NCBI GenBank assembly: GCA_039028615.1
Contig: JBCCHT010000022.1
Coordinates: 64,001 to 128,000 of the forward strand
Origin: Myxococcota bacterium
GTDB taxonomy: Bacteria > Myxococcota_A > Polyangia > Nannocystales > Nannocystaceae
Length of the DNA: 64,000 bases
Direction of reading: 5' to 3'
In this document: in pieces, positions 52,388 through 62,187 of the stretch
How positions within the stretch are numbered: position 1 is the first letter of the stretch
Layout: each line of letters starts with the position of its first letter
Position numbers and translations under genes: made by a program
The notes under the pieces: model-generated
The model's database searches: none
Told to the model about the DNA's origin: nothing
The model's input: the letters and a program-made list of their open reading frames with translations, nothing else

Positions 52388-54769
52388 CTACGGAGCGGCC
52401 GCGGGGGTGGGAGCCGCCGCGGGGGCCTCGGCGGGCGCCGCCGCGGGAGCCTCGGCCGGGGCCGCAGCGGGCGCTGCCGCCGGGTCGGCGGCCGGGGTGC
52501 CCTCGGAGGGCAGGCTCGGGGTCAGCCCCATCTCGGTGATCAGGTGATCGGCGTTGTCGACCGCATCCATGATCCAAAGGACGTAGCGGATGTCGACGTG
52601 AATGGAGCGGGTCACCTCGGGCACGAAGAGCCAGTCGCTGGCGATGGACTCGTAGTTGCCGTCGAAGGCCAGCCCGATGAGCTCGCCGCGAGCGTTGAGC
52701 GTGGCCGAGCCGGAGTTGCCTCCGGTGATGTCGAGGTCGGCCAGGAAGTTGACCGGCAGCTCGCCCAGGGTGGCGTCGGCGTAGGGACCGAAGTCCTTGA
52801 CCTGGGCCGCGGCCACGATGCCCTCGGGCGCCGCGAAGGGCTCCTCACCCGTGTGCTTGGCGACCATCTCGGAGATGGAGGTGAAGGGCACGTAGGGCTC
52901 GGCCGCGCCGTCCTTCTGGTAGCCGCGCACGGTGCCGTAGCTGATGCGCAGGGTGCCGTTGGCGTCGGGGGCCATGCTCGAGCCGGTGAACTCGCGCAGC
53001 GCCGCGATGTACTGCGGGCGGAGGCTGGCCAGCGCACCGTCGTTCTCCTTGGTGCGGACCTCCACCTCTTCGACGACCAGCTCGATGGTGGCCGCCGCCT
53101 TGAGCATGGGGTCGCGGCTGCGGTCGAGCTTCTTGAGCTTGGTGGCCGCGGCCTTGGCCACGCCCTCGGCGTCGCCGAGCTTGGTCTTGCTGAACAGCTT
53201 GCCCAGGGCCTTGTCGACCGCGGCCTCGTCGAGGTCGGAGCCCGAGCCGGCCTTGCCGAGGAGCGCCTCGAGGATGGCGCTGGGGCGCTGCTCGTCGGGG
53301 AGCTTGGCGGCGCGGGTCAGGGCCAGCTTGAGCACCGCGCGGTCGAGGGTGGGATCGTAGGCCGCGGCCCGCCCCTCGAGCCCCGCCTCCATCGCGGCGA
53401 TCTCTTCGTCGCCGAAGCCGGGTCGACGCTGGTCGGCCGGCAGCTCGCGCTGGGTGGCCAGCTCACGGATGGTCAGCGCGGTGCCGAGCAAGCTGCTGGC
53501 CCGCAGGATCTCGCGCACGCTGGAGTCGTAGTCGCGGGTCGCCTTGCCGGCCTCCTGCAGGGCGGCCATGTCGGCGAGCACGGTGCCGTACTTGGCCTGT
53601 CGCTCGGGGTCGCCGTCGATCCACGCCTGCAGCTCGCCCTCGACCTTGGCCTTCTCGTCGGCCAGGCCGCCCTTGCTCAGGCCGTCGAGCATGCCCTGGA
53701 AGTTGGTGCGGTAGTTCGCCAGGCCTCGCAGCCGCGGCGTGGCCTTGATGGCCAGGGCCGGGTTCTCGCGCCCCAGCGCCTCGTACAGCGCGATGTACTG
53801 GTCGTAGCGCTCGATGAGCGTGGGGTAGCGCCAGTCGACGGCGGAGCGAACCTCGGCGGCCGTCTTGAGCCGATAGGTCCGACCCGGGTAGCCCGCGACC
53901 ATGGCGAAGTCCCCCTCGGCCAGCGGCTCGGTGGCGATCTTCAGGTGGTGCGGCGGCGAGTAGGGCACGTTGTCCGCCGAGGGCGCGGCCGGCTTGCCGT
54001 CGGGGCCCACGTACGCGCGCAGGAAGGTGTAGTCGCCGGTGTGGCGGGGCCACTGCCAGTTGTCGACCTCGCCCCCGAACACGCCGATGCCCGCGTGCGG
54101 GGCGTAGACCAGGCGCACGTCCTTGATCTCGAGCTGCTCGATCTGGATGAACTGGGCGCCCTCGAAGTAGCTGGCGACGACGCAGCGCGTGTCTTCCTTG
54201 CCCGCCTCGCAGGTGTCCTTGGCCGCCAGGCGACGGCGGGTGAGCTCATCGATGCGCGCCTGGTTGTCGGCGATGTCCGACAGCCCGTCGAGGATCTGGT
54301 CGGTGACGTCGGTGAACGCGGTGGACACGTAGATGCGCGCCCGCGGCCCGCCGGGCAGCTCGTCGGCCTTGGTCTGCGCCAAGTAGCCGTCCTTGATCAG
54401 GTTGTTGTCGGGCGTCGAGTTCTTCTGCAGGTAGCCGATGGCGCAGTGGTGATTGGTGATCACCAGGCCCTCGGGGGACACGAACGACGCCGAGCAACCG
54501 CCCAGGCTCACCACCGCGCCCAGCGGAAACGCGGTGGGATCGGTGAGGGCCTCGGCCGGGAAGGACACACCGAGCTTCTCGAGGGTCTCCTTGTGGTCAC
54601 CCTCGCCGAGCTGGCTGGGCATCCACATGCCGCCCGGATTTTCGAACGCAAACGGCTCGGCCGCAGGAGGCGTCGTCGCGGTGTTCTTGTTGCACCCTGC
54701 GGCAAGCAGAGAGAGCCCCAGGGCACCCGCCCACGTGTTCAGCTTCCAGCTGGCTCCAAGACCGATCAT
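52388..54769 (-). CDS. S46 family dipeptidyl peptidase lipoprotein (DPP7-like)
   Basis: Lipobox AAGC, GGMW, GCSASFVS..GL.ITNHHC, DNW.WPRHTGD, GYPG, PDANGTLR and DITGGNSGS. AFDG has Gly at the S1 position, as in DPP7. Confidence 0.94.
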   Translation of the reverse strand: MIGLGASWKLNTWAGALGLSLLAAGCNKNTATTPPAAEPFAFENPGGMWMPSQLGEGDHKETLEKLGVSFPAEALTDPTAFPLGAVVSLGGCSASFVSPEGLVITNHHCAIGYLQKNSTPDNNLIKDGYLAQTKADELPGGPRARIYVSTAFTDVTDQILDGLSDIADNQARIDELTRRRLAAKDTCEAGKEDTRCVVASYFEGAQFIQIEQLEIKDVRLVYAPHAGIGVFGGEVDNWQWPRHTGDYTFLRAYVGPDGKPAAPSADNVPYSPPHHLKIATEPLAEGDFAMVAGYPGRTYRLKTAAEVRSAVDWRYPTLIERYDQYIALYEALGRENPALAIKATPRLRGLANYRTNFQGMLDGLSKGGLADEKAKVEGELQAWIDGDPERQAKYGTVLADMAALQEAGKATRDYDSSVREILRASSLLGTALTIRELATQRELPADQRRPGFGDEEIAAMEAGLEGRAAAYDPTLDRAVLKLALTRAAKLPDEQRPSAILEALLGKAGSGSDLDEAAVDKALGKLFSKTKLGDAEGVAKAAATKLKKLDRSRDPMLKAAATIELVVEEVEVRTKENDGALASLRPQYIAALREFTGSSMAPDANGTLRISYGTVRGYQKDGAAEPYVPFTSISEMVAKHTGEEPFAAPEGIVAAAQVKDFGPYADATLGELPVNFLADLDITGGNSGSATLNARGELIGLAFDGNYESIASDWLFVPEVTRSIHVDIRYVLWIMDAVDNADHLITEMGLTPSLPSEGTPAADPAAAPAAAPAEAPAAAPAEAPAAAPTPAAAP

Positions 54770-54918
54770 GGCGCATGCGTAACAGATCTTCCCCTGTCCA
54801 CGCACGGGGATAGCGCGGGAGGATCCCAACGCAGAGGCGACGAAACACCGGCCCGAAGCGACCCTCAGCGCACCTTTCGAGCCCTCGTCCCGGGGGCCGG
54901 GCGCCCCGATCCGCGTCG

Positions 54919-55989
54919 ATGCCCGACGAAGTGGTAACCTCGATCTCCGTGGTGACTGGCAGACGCTCCTTGCTCGTCGCCAACCCGACCGCCCGCAGCG
55001 GTAAGGCGAAGCGCTTCATCGACAAAGCGATGGAAGCGCTCGAAGACAGCCGGCTCGATCCGGAGTTCTTCGCCACCCTCCCCGACGGCGCCACCGTCGA
55101 AGCGCTGGCGGAGCGGCTCGAGCGTGAGGATGCCGCACGAGTGATCTACATGGGCGGCGACGGCACCTTCGCGGAGGCGGCCAAGGCGATCATCTTGGCG
55201 CGTGAGCGCACGGGGGTCGACGTCCCGCTCGGCATGCTGCCGATGGGCACCGCCAACGACCAGGGGCGCTCGTTCGGGATCCTCGCGGGGGTCAAGGCCC
55301 TGCCCCGCAACGTCGAGGTGATCGCAGCGGGAATCGAGCAGTGGCTCGACGTCGGCCGGGTCGAGGCCATCGACGACCAGGGCGAGACCACCGCCAGCGA
55401 TCTGTGGTTCGACAGCTGCGGCGTGGGCCTGTCCGCCCGCATCCTGTTCCAGCGCAACCGCGACCGCGAGTTCGTCGAGCGCATGCCCCTCGTGCGGCGC
55501 GTGTACCGCGACAAACTCGTCTACACCAGCGCGGCCTTACGCAGTCTGCTTTCCGGGTGGGTCACCCGCCAGAGCTTCGCGGCCGAGCTGTCCATCGACG
55601 GCGAGACCACCGAGCTGACCGGCGTCACCGACCTGCTGGTGCAGGGCACCATCCTGTTCGCGGGCGACTGGATCTTCGACGAGTCGGCCAAGGCGGACGA
55701 CGGCCGCTTCGAGGTGGTGGTGATGCGCGGTCACGGCGACTGGGCCGCCGCCGCCATCAGCGGCCACAAGCACAACCCGGTGACCGGCGACGACCTCGAG
55801 GTGCTCGGCGTGCAGCGGCGAACGGTGCCCCGCGGCAAGCACATCGAGCTGCGCCTATTCAAACCGGCGGGCATCGAGGTCCCCGCGCAGATCGACGGCG
55901 AAGAGTGGGTCTCGGCCGACCACTATCGCATCGAGAATTTGTTCCACCACCTGCGCATCATCGTGCCCGAGGACCCGCACTGGATCTGA
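54919..55989 (+). CDS. Diacylglycerol kinase family lipid kinase
   Basis: NPTA.SG, GGDGT, LPMGTAND, DDGRFEV and QIDGE. Confidence 0.9.
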   Translation: MPDEVVTSISVVTGRRSLLVANPTARSGKAKRFIDKAMEALEDSRLDPEFFATLPDGATVEALAERLEREDAARVIYMGGDGTFAEAAKAIILARERTGVDVPLGMLPMGTANDQGRSFGILAGVKALPRNVEVIAAGIEQWLDVGRVEAIDDQGETTASDLWFDSCGVGLSARILFQRNRDREFVERMPLVRRVYRDKLVYTSAALRSLLSGWVTRQSFAAELSIDGETTELTGVTDLLVQGTILFAGDWIFDESAKADDGRFEVVVMRGHGDWAAAAISGHKHNPVTGDDLEVLGVQRRTVPRGKHIELRLFKPAGIEVPAQIDGEEWVSADHYRIENLFHHLRIIVPEDPHWI

Positions 55990-56018
55990 GCGGACGGGTG
56001 TGCGACCACTACGCGGTC

Positions 56019-57005
56019 ATGGTGTTCACGAGGCCCTCACTGCCGTTGTGGCTGGCGCTGAGCCTGACCGCGGTCGGCTGTGACCGGCTGACCCAGGCGA
56101 TCGAGAACAAAGCAGAAGAGGTCGCCGGCGACATGAAATCGACCGCCGACGGGTCCGCGGTGCCGCCCGTGCCCGAGGCCACCGACAACGAGAAGCTCGC
56201 CCGCAAGCTGGCGCTGTACCTCGAGTGCACCAACCGGGCGAGCAAGCGCATGCACGAGAGCTGGCTGCGCTACACCGAGCGCGCGAAGGACAACGGCACG
56301 CCCAAGAAGAAGAGCGTGCCGCCCTTTTTGTACAAGATCGACTCCGAGCTGACGCCGTGTCGCGAGGCGGCCACCAAGGGCCCCACCACCGAGCCCTCCC
56401 TGCCCTCCATCGAAGCGGCGATGGCCTCGTACCTCGAGCACGCCGAGGCCTTCGCCGCGCAGACGGTCACCCTCGACGAGTACTACGAGCAGGAGAAGTA
56501 CAAAGAGGACGACTGGGCCCTGGCCAAGGAGGTCGCCCCGAAGTTCGCGGCCGCCTACGAGGCGTGGAGCGCCGCCGACGAGCGGCTCGGCACCATCGTC
56601 CGCGACAACAACGACGTGGTGGAGCGCAAGGTCCTGGTCGAGGTCGAGGAGCGCGAGGGTCGAGCGATCGAGTGGCAGTCCCGCTACGTGATGCTGGCCG
56701 CCAAGGACTTCGTGCGCTGCGCCACCGCCGACGAGGGCAAGGCCGACCGCTGCGAGTACACCCTGACCACGTTCGAGAAGGCCGAGCAGAGCTTCCGTCG
56801 CTACTACGACGACCACCGCAGCGAGGCCGACCACGTGTTCTGGATGAACTCGTTTCAGCGCTCGGTGGGTGAGTTCCTCGCCGACGGCCAGGCCTTCATG
56901 CGTGACCTGAAGAAGGGCGAGGCCAAGCCCGAGCGCTCGCAGGCGTTGGCGAGCGCCTTCGACGACCTCGCCATCCACTCGAACAACCTCCGTTTCAAGC
57001 GATGA
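56019..57005 (+). CDS. DUF3829/YiiG-like helical lipoprotein
   Basis: Lipobox AVGC, KL..Y.EC.N, S..RY, and YYEQEKYKEDD. Confidence 0.7.
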   Translation: MVFTRPSLPLWLALSLTAVGCDRLTQAIENKAEEVAGDMKSTADGSAVPPVPEATDNEKLARKLALYLECTNRASKRMHESWLRYTERAKDNGTPKKKSVPPFLYKIDSELTPCREAATKGPTTEPSLPSIEAAMASYLEHAEAFAAQTVTLDEYYEQEKYKEDDWALAKEVAPKFAAAYEAWSAADERLGTIVRDNNDVVERKVLVEVEEREGRAIEWQSRYVMLAAKDFVRCATADEGKADRCEYTLTTFEKAEQSFRRYYDDHRSEADHVFWMNSFQRSVGEFLADGQAFMRDLKKGEAKPERSQALASAFDDLAIHSNNLRFKR

Positions 57006-58606
57006 GCACGCCGGATTCGCGGGACGACGATCCGCTGGAGTCCGCGTCGTCGCCCGCCGATGGCGACGACGCGCAGGACTCCGACACCAGCGGGTCCTTC
57101 GAGGCCCGCGCCGCCTGGCTGGCCGCGCTGGTCGCCGTGCTGCTCGCCGCCCCCTTCATCGCCGGGCCCCACGACTTCCCGCTCGACGACGCGTGGATCC
57201 ACCTGTCCTACGCCAAGAGCCTGCGGCTGGGCGACGGGGCCAGCTACAACCCCGGCGATGGCGAGCTGGGCTTTTCCAGCCCGCTGTGGATGGTCCTGCT
57301 CGCGGTGTGGCCGATCGCCGGAGACCCGGTGCGGCCGGTCCAACTGCTGGGGCTGCTGCTGCATGGCCTCACCGCTTGGGTCGCAGCGCACCTGGGGCTG
57401 TCGCTCGCCCGCGAGCGCGCCAGCGTCGAGGCTCCGATGCCGCTTCTGTCGATCACCCTGCTCGCCGGGGTCTTCGCCGCCGCCACCCCCACCCTGGTCC
57501 AAGCGGCCACCAGCGGCATGGAGGTCTCGCTGACCGCCGCGCTCGTGCTGGCGGTGGCCTGGGCCATGGTCAGCGGTCGCGTGGGCGCCAGCGCCATCCT
57601 GGGGGCCCTCGCCGTGCTCGCCCGCCCCGAGGCCCTCGGCTTCGTGGTGGCCCTCGCCGCAGGACTCAGCCCCTGGCGCTGGCGGTCGCAGGCCCCCCGC
57701 CCCGCCGTGGTCGCCCCGTTGGCCGCCGTGGTCGGGGCCGCGACCGCGCTGGCGCTGTGGCTCGGCTACTGCTTCATGATGCTCGAGCAGTGGTGGCCCA
57801 ACGCCCAGTACGTCAAAGGCGAAGGCGGCGGGCTCGAAGGCCTCGGCTACATCAGCGAGCAGGTCCTGCCGTGGCAGCCGTGGCTCATCTCGGCCAGCGG
57901 CGTGATCTTGGTGGTCCTCGCGGCGCGCAACGACCTGAAGAAGCGCCGCCCCGAGCTGGTCGCCCTGCTCGCAGCGACCCTGCTCACCCTGTTCGCCATC
58001 GCGCTGTCCCGACCGCTGGACCCCAGCACGCAGTTTTATCAGCGCCGCTACTTCACGCCCTTCGTGGTGGTGATCACGGTGCTGTTGCCCTTCGGTCTGC
58101 CGCTGGCGCGCCGCTGGCTCGCGCTGCTGCTCGTGGTGCCCATCGCGATCGCCAGCGGCCTCCAGATCCACGCCCTGCACGAGCGCACGCAGGGGCTACG
58201 CGCCGACATCCATCAGCTGCACGGCGCCCTGGCCGAGACCATCGTCGAGCAGCTGCCGGCCGACGCCCGCATCGCGGTCGAGGGCGCGGGCGCCCCTCGC
58301 TTCTTCGCCCCGCGCTCGATGATCATCATCGACCTGGTCGGCCTCAACGACCACGAGATGGCGCAGCAACGCGACGACGTGAAGGGCAAGCTGTGTCACG
58401 TGGTTCGGCAACGGCCTACGCACTTCGCCATCCCGGCGGACTGGGTCGGCAGCTTCGCTCCCGTGTTCGCCCTGCGGCCCATCGCGCGCTTCGACGATCC
58501 CGTCTACACCCAGGTCGATCCCCCGCGTGCCCTCACGCTGCTGCTGCTCGAGGTCGAGGACATCCACCCCGCGTGGGTCGAGGGCTGTGCCACGGGCACG
58601 CCGTGA
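57002..58606 (+). CDS. Polytopic membrane protein, probable GT-C glycosyltransferase
   Basis: DDAWI..SYAK.L..G.G..YNPG...GFSSPLW loop, SGME, RPE, many TMs, and D.VGLND. Confidence 0.75.
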   Translation: MSTPDSRDDDPLESASSPADGDDAQDSDTSGSFEARAAWLAALVAVLLAAPFIAGPHDFPLDDAWIHLSYAKSLRLGDGASYNPGDGELGFSSPLWMVLLAVWPIAGDPVRPVQLLGLLLHGLTAWVAAHLGLSLARERASVEAPMPLLSITLLAGVFAAATPTLVQAATSGMEVSLTAALVLAVAWAMVSGRVGASAILGALAVLARPEALGFVVALAAGLSPWRWRSQAPRPAVVAPLAAVVGAATALALWLGYCFMMLEQWWPNAQYVKGEGGGLEGLGYISEQVLPWQPWLISASGVILVVLAARNDLKKRRPELVALLAATLLTLFAIALSRPLDPSTQFYQRRYFTPFVVVITVLLPFGLPLARRWLALLLVVPIAIASGLQIHALHERTQGLRADIHQLHGALAETIVEQLPADARIAVEGAGAPRFFAPRSMIIIDLVGLNDHEMAQQRDDVKGKLCHVVRQRPTHFAIPADWVGSFAPVFALRPIARFDDPVYTQVDPPRALTLLLLEVEDIHPAWVEGCATGTP

Positions 58607-58655
58607 TCAGTTCTGATAGGGTCCCCCGCGTCGTCGAGACCCGACGCCTCTTCCG

Positions 58656-59162
58656 ATGATCGAGTTTACTCTCCGCCACGAACTAGACTGCACTCCCGAC
58701 CGTCACTGGGAGCTGTTCTTCGATCACGACTGGACCTACTCGCTGCTCACCGACGGGCTCGGTTTCGCGGCGGACATCGGTGCCGTGAAGCAAGAGGAAG
58801 GCGCGCGGCGGCGCCAGATGGACGTCAAGCCCGTGGCCGACCTGCCCCGCGCCGTGGCCAAGCTGCTCGGCGACGCGCTGGGCTACACCGAGCGCGGGCA
58901 CTACGACGAAGCCACCCGCACGTGGAGCTACGACCTCGTCCTCAACGTCATGAGCGACAAGATCAAGATGGGCGGCAAGGTGCACCTCGAGCCGCTCGGT
59001 GACGATCGATGCACCCGCGTCTCGAAGATGTGGGCCGAGGCGAAGATCTTCGGCATCGGCGGCCTGGTGGAGAAGGCGGCCGAGAAGAACATGCGCGACG
59101 GCTGGACCAAGAGCGCCAACTGGATCAACGGCTGGCTCGCCAAGAACCCCGCCGACGGCTGA
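58656..59162 (+). CDS. DUF2505 (SRPBCC/START-like) protein
   Basis: F...HE.DC.PD..W.LFFD, LP.AV.KLLG...Y.E, and KIFGIGGLVEK. Confidence 0.75.
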   Translation: MIEFTLRHELDCTPDRHWELFFDHDWTYSLLTDGLGFAADIGAVKQEEGARRRQMDVKPVADLPRAVAKLLGDALGYTERGHYDEATRTWSYDLVLNVMSDKIKMGGKVHLEPLGDDRCTRVSKMWAEAKIFGIGGLVEKAAEKNMRDGWTKSANWINGWLAKNPADG

Positions 59163-59189
59163 GCCGCCGGCTCACGTCACCGCCGAAAT

Positions 59190-59226
59190 CGCGGAGGCTC
59201 GACGCGCTCGAGTCTCCGCGTTTTTT
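59190..59226 (+). terminator. Intrinsic terminator
   Basis: CGCGGAGGCTCGA-CGCGC-TCGAGTCTCCGCG followed by TTTTTT. Confidence 0.8.
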
Positions 59227-59517
59227 GTTGGCGGGCCGGGCGGCGCTCGGCGGCTGCCCCGCGTGGTCGCGACCGGCTGCCGAAGGTCATCGCCGGCCGC
59301 CGTTTTTTGCGTCGCGTTCGAAGACGGGCGACGGGCGGGACTCATGCGCGAAGCCGAGCCGTTGAACGGGCATGCACTGGCCGAATTCCGCGATCCACTG
59401 GGCGTTGCTGGATGCAATTGCGTGATGTAGCCAACGTGCAGACAGCAGCGCGCCACCGTGCACACACTTGCGCACTGTGAACGATTCCGGCAAACTGAAC
59501 ACCTGAGGGGAATGGCG

Positions 59518-60300
59518 ATGAAGGGAACCGAACGACACCGACAGCGGCCTTGGGAGCTCGTCCGTCGGACGATGGGCGGCCGACGCGCCATGATGGAGAA
59601 GGTGCGGCACTTGCGCTCCGCCGTGGCCCACTACGGTCGCGAAGATCTCGTTCGGGCGCGCCTCGAGCGCCTCCAGCAACTCGGCCACATCCAGACGATC
59701 CCCAACCGTCTGCAGCGCATCGTCGGCGCCATCGACATGATGCGCTTTTTCATCGTCCCCGCCGCGGCCGACTACTACGGCGAGAAGGACATCGACTTCA
59801 CGTTCCACTCGTTCTTGCGCTTCCTCGACGATCCCGCGTCGGTCATCGACCCCACCGGGTTCAATTCCACGCGCGACAACATCATCGGCCACGTGATGCA
59901 GGTGGTGCACGCCAATCCGCAGTACGACTTCCAGCTGCTCGACACCTTCGAAGACGGCATGGATCAGATGGAGCTCCAGCTGATGTCGGTGCTCGACGGC
60001 AGTCACCCGCGCGCCGAGTCGATCCGCGCCATCGTCGAAGAGCCCGACTACCACGAGCGCCTGCTCGAGCATGTCCGGGCCTATCGCGCCGACCCGGGTG
60101 CGCATCGGCTCGTTCGCAACAACGTCGCCAAGAACTTTCTCGCCGAAGAGCGCACCTTCGGCACCGTGCCCTCGGCCATTCGGTACTTCTCCCGCATGCC
60201 GAACACGCTGCCCGACGCCATCAATCATCTGGTCTCGGTCCGGGAGTTTCCCCTCCACCTGGCCGAGCCCGCAGCACCCTCTCAGGCCGAAGCCGCCTGA
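59518..60300 (+). CDS. Conserved-looking hypothetical protein
   Basis: GC3-biased ORF with GAGGGG before ATG 59518 (alternative start ~59590). No family recognised. Confidence 0.75.
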   Translation: MKGTERHRQRPWELVRRTMGGRRAMMEKVRHLRSAVAHYGREDLVRARLERLQQLGHIQTIPNRLQRIVGAIDMMRFFIVPAAADYYGEKDIDFTFHSFLRFLDDPASVIDPTGFNSTRDNIIGHVMQVVHANPQYDFQLLDTFEDGMDQMELQLMSVLDGSHPRAESIRAIVEEPDYHERLLEHVRAYRADPGAHRLVRNNVAKNFLAEERTFGTVPSAIRYFSRMPNTLPDAINHLVSVREFPLHLAEPAAPSQAEAA

Positions 60301-60488
60301 GCGACCACTGACCACGGTCGAACCGATCGTCGCTTCCCCGGTGGACTGACCCGCGCGACCCCCCCTCCCCCCCCCAGCGGCTCAGTCCTCCCCACCCGGG
60401 AGGAGCACGGAGGGCCGACCCCCATCCAAACGGGGGTCGGTCCTCGCCTTTGGCGGGCCGGCGTCTACGCCGTGCCCACCAACAACAA

Positions 60489-60524
60489 AAGAGGCCCGGG
60501 CCTGTGCCCGAGCCTCTTCTTTTT
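60489..60524. terminator. Intrinsic terminator (probably bidirectional)
   Basis: AAGAGGCCCGGGC-CTGT-GCCCGAGCCTCTT followed by CTTTTT, with an A-rich 5' flank. Confidence 0.8.
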
Positions 60525-60542
60525 GCGTATGGCCGCGGGGCT

Positions 60543-61952
60543 TCAGGCCGTACGGCGCCGGGCCACGAGACCCAGGCCGAGCAGGACCAGCCAGCCGAGA
60601 GCCATGGGGCTCGAGTCGCCGCCCACGGTGCAGCCCTTGCTGGTGGCTCCGGGGTCGCCCTCGACCGGCGGAGGACCGCCTGCGTCGGACGGGCCGTCGG
60701 AGACGGAGCTGGCCGCACCGTCGTCGCTGGGCATCCCGGAGTCGTCACCGCTGTCGGGGGAGTCGCTGCCACCGACGTCGCTGCTGCCCGAACCCGCGTC
60801 GGAGCTGCCGCCCGAGTTCTCGTTCGCCGAGCTTTGGTGGCTGTTGTCCTTGTTGCGGTAGTCGGCCCATTTTTCGGGCAGCGCGGGCAGCTGGAAGCCC
60901 GGCGGACGCGAGCGCGCCCCGGACAGCTGGGTCCAACGGCCCGGAATCGACCCGCCCGCACCCGGCTTCTGGAACGCGATGAGATACAGCGCCCGACGGT
61001 TGCGAGCCTCGTCGACGTTGTCGTCGGTCTCGACGGCCAGGCCCCGCTCGCCCATGCCCGCGTAGTAAATCTCGGCCCAGAACCCCTCGTTGTAGAAGTA
61101 CTGCGCGATCGACTTGGCGCGGTTTTGGCTGAGCTTTTGGTTCTTGGCCGCGTTGCCGACGGTGTCGGTGTATCCGACGATATAGAGCTGCGTGGTGAGG
61201 TTGGCGTTGACCGCCTTGTTGACGCGGTCGAGCGCGTCGAGCTCGTGGAACGCGACCGCGATGGCCTCGTCGAGCTTGGGCACCTCACCCGGCTTGATGT
61301 TGTACTTGCCGCTGTCGAAGATGACGTTGGTGTGCGGGATCTCGGCCGAATAGGGCACGCGACGATCCTCGACGAAGCGACCGTACTGGTCCTCGCCTCG
61401 CACCTCGATCATGAAGACGTTGGAGGGGCTGTCCCACGAGATGGTGAAGTTGCCGTTCGCGGGGATGTCACCCGCGACCACGTCGGACGCGATGGTGTCG
61501 CCGTCGTCGTCGATGACCGTGTACTCGTAGCTCGTGAGCGCGAACGAGGTCTGGTACTTGGCCTTGCGCTTGTCGACGATGTCCTCGCGGCTGCTCTTGA
61601 ACTTGAGCTTGCCGGCCGGGCCCTTCGCCGCCGCTTTGATCACGTTGAAGGTGAAGTTGCCGTTGAGCGTGTCGCCGGTCAGGTCCATCTCGTACTGGAC
61701 GGCCTGCGATTTCTGCTTCCACGTGATGTTGACGGTCTTGCCCTTCTTGACCGTCCCGAGGTTGCGTTTGACCGTGGTGCCGTCGTCACCCTTGATGACC
61801 ACGTTGACCCCGGCGGAGCCCTCGTTGAAGGTGATGGTGAAGGTCGTCTTGCCCTGGGCGTCGGTCTGGGGCGAGTACTGGAAGTCCACTGGATCGGTGG
61901 CCGACGCGACTACGGTGGCGAGGGCGAGACCGGCGATTTGGGGCAGCAGCAT
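60543..61952 (-). CDS. OmpA-domain protein with a MYXO-CTERM sorting signal
   Basis: Signal peptide, OmpA motifs FDSGK, IVGYTD..G....NQKLSQNRA, GMGE and NRRA, a Ser/Gly/Asp linker, and tail KGCTV...WLVLLGLGLVARRR. Confidence 0.9.
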   Translation of the reverse strand: MLLPQIAGLALATVVASATDPVDFQYSPQTDAQGKTTFTITFNEGSAGVNVVIKGDDGTTVKRNLGTVKKGKTVNITWKQKSQAVQYEMDLTGDTLNGNFTFNVIKAAAKGPAGKLKFKSSREDIVDKRKAKYQTSFALTSYEYTVIDDDGDTIASDVVAGDIPANGNFTISWDSPSNVFMIEVRGEDQYGRFVEDRRVPYSAEIPHTNVIFDSGKYNIKPGEVPKLDEAIAVAFHELDALDRVNKAVNANLTTQLYIVGYTDTVGNAAKNQKLSQNRAKSIAQYFYNEGFWAEIYYAGMGERGLAVETDDNVDEARNRRALYLIAFQKPGAGGSIPGRWTQLSGARSRPPGFQLPALPEKWADYRNKDNSHQSSANENSGGSSDAGSGSSDVGGSDSPDSGDDSGMPSDDGAASSVSDGPSDAGGPPPVEGDPGATSKGCTVGGDSSPMALGWLVLLGLGLVARRRTA

Positions 61953-62187
61953 GGGATACGGGCCTTGTTGCGGAGTGAGGGGCGGACGCTCGCGACGTTA
62001 GCGAATTTTCGCCGCGGGGGGAAAACGGCTTCGGCGTAAAAACGGGACCGAGCGGGTCCAGCGAGGACAACCGGCGCGAACCGAAGTTCGCGACACGTGT
62101 GAATTCTTCGAACGGGCATGCCCGTGCGCGGGCCGGGGACCTGCCCGCGGCCCGTGAACGGAACCATTGGTGCCCCTGCAGCCGGGC

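Noticed and set aside
61960..62185. Short palindromes (ACGGGCATGCCCGT, CGCGAAC..GTTCGCG) upstream of the OmpA gene
   Set aside because: Single copies with no recognisable consensus, so there is not enough support to call a site or RNA.
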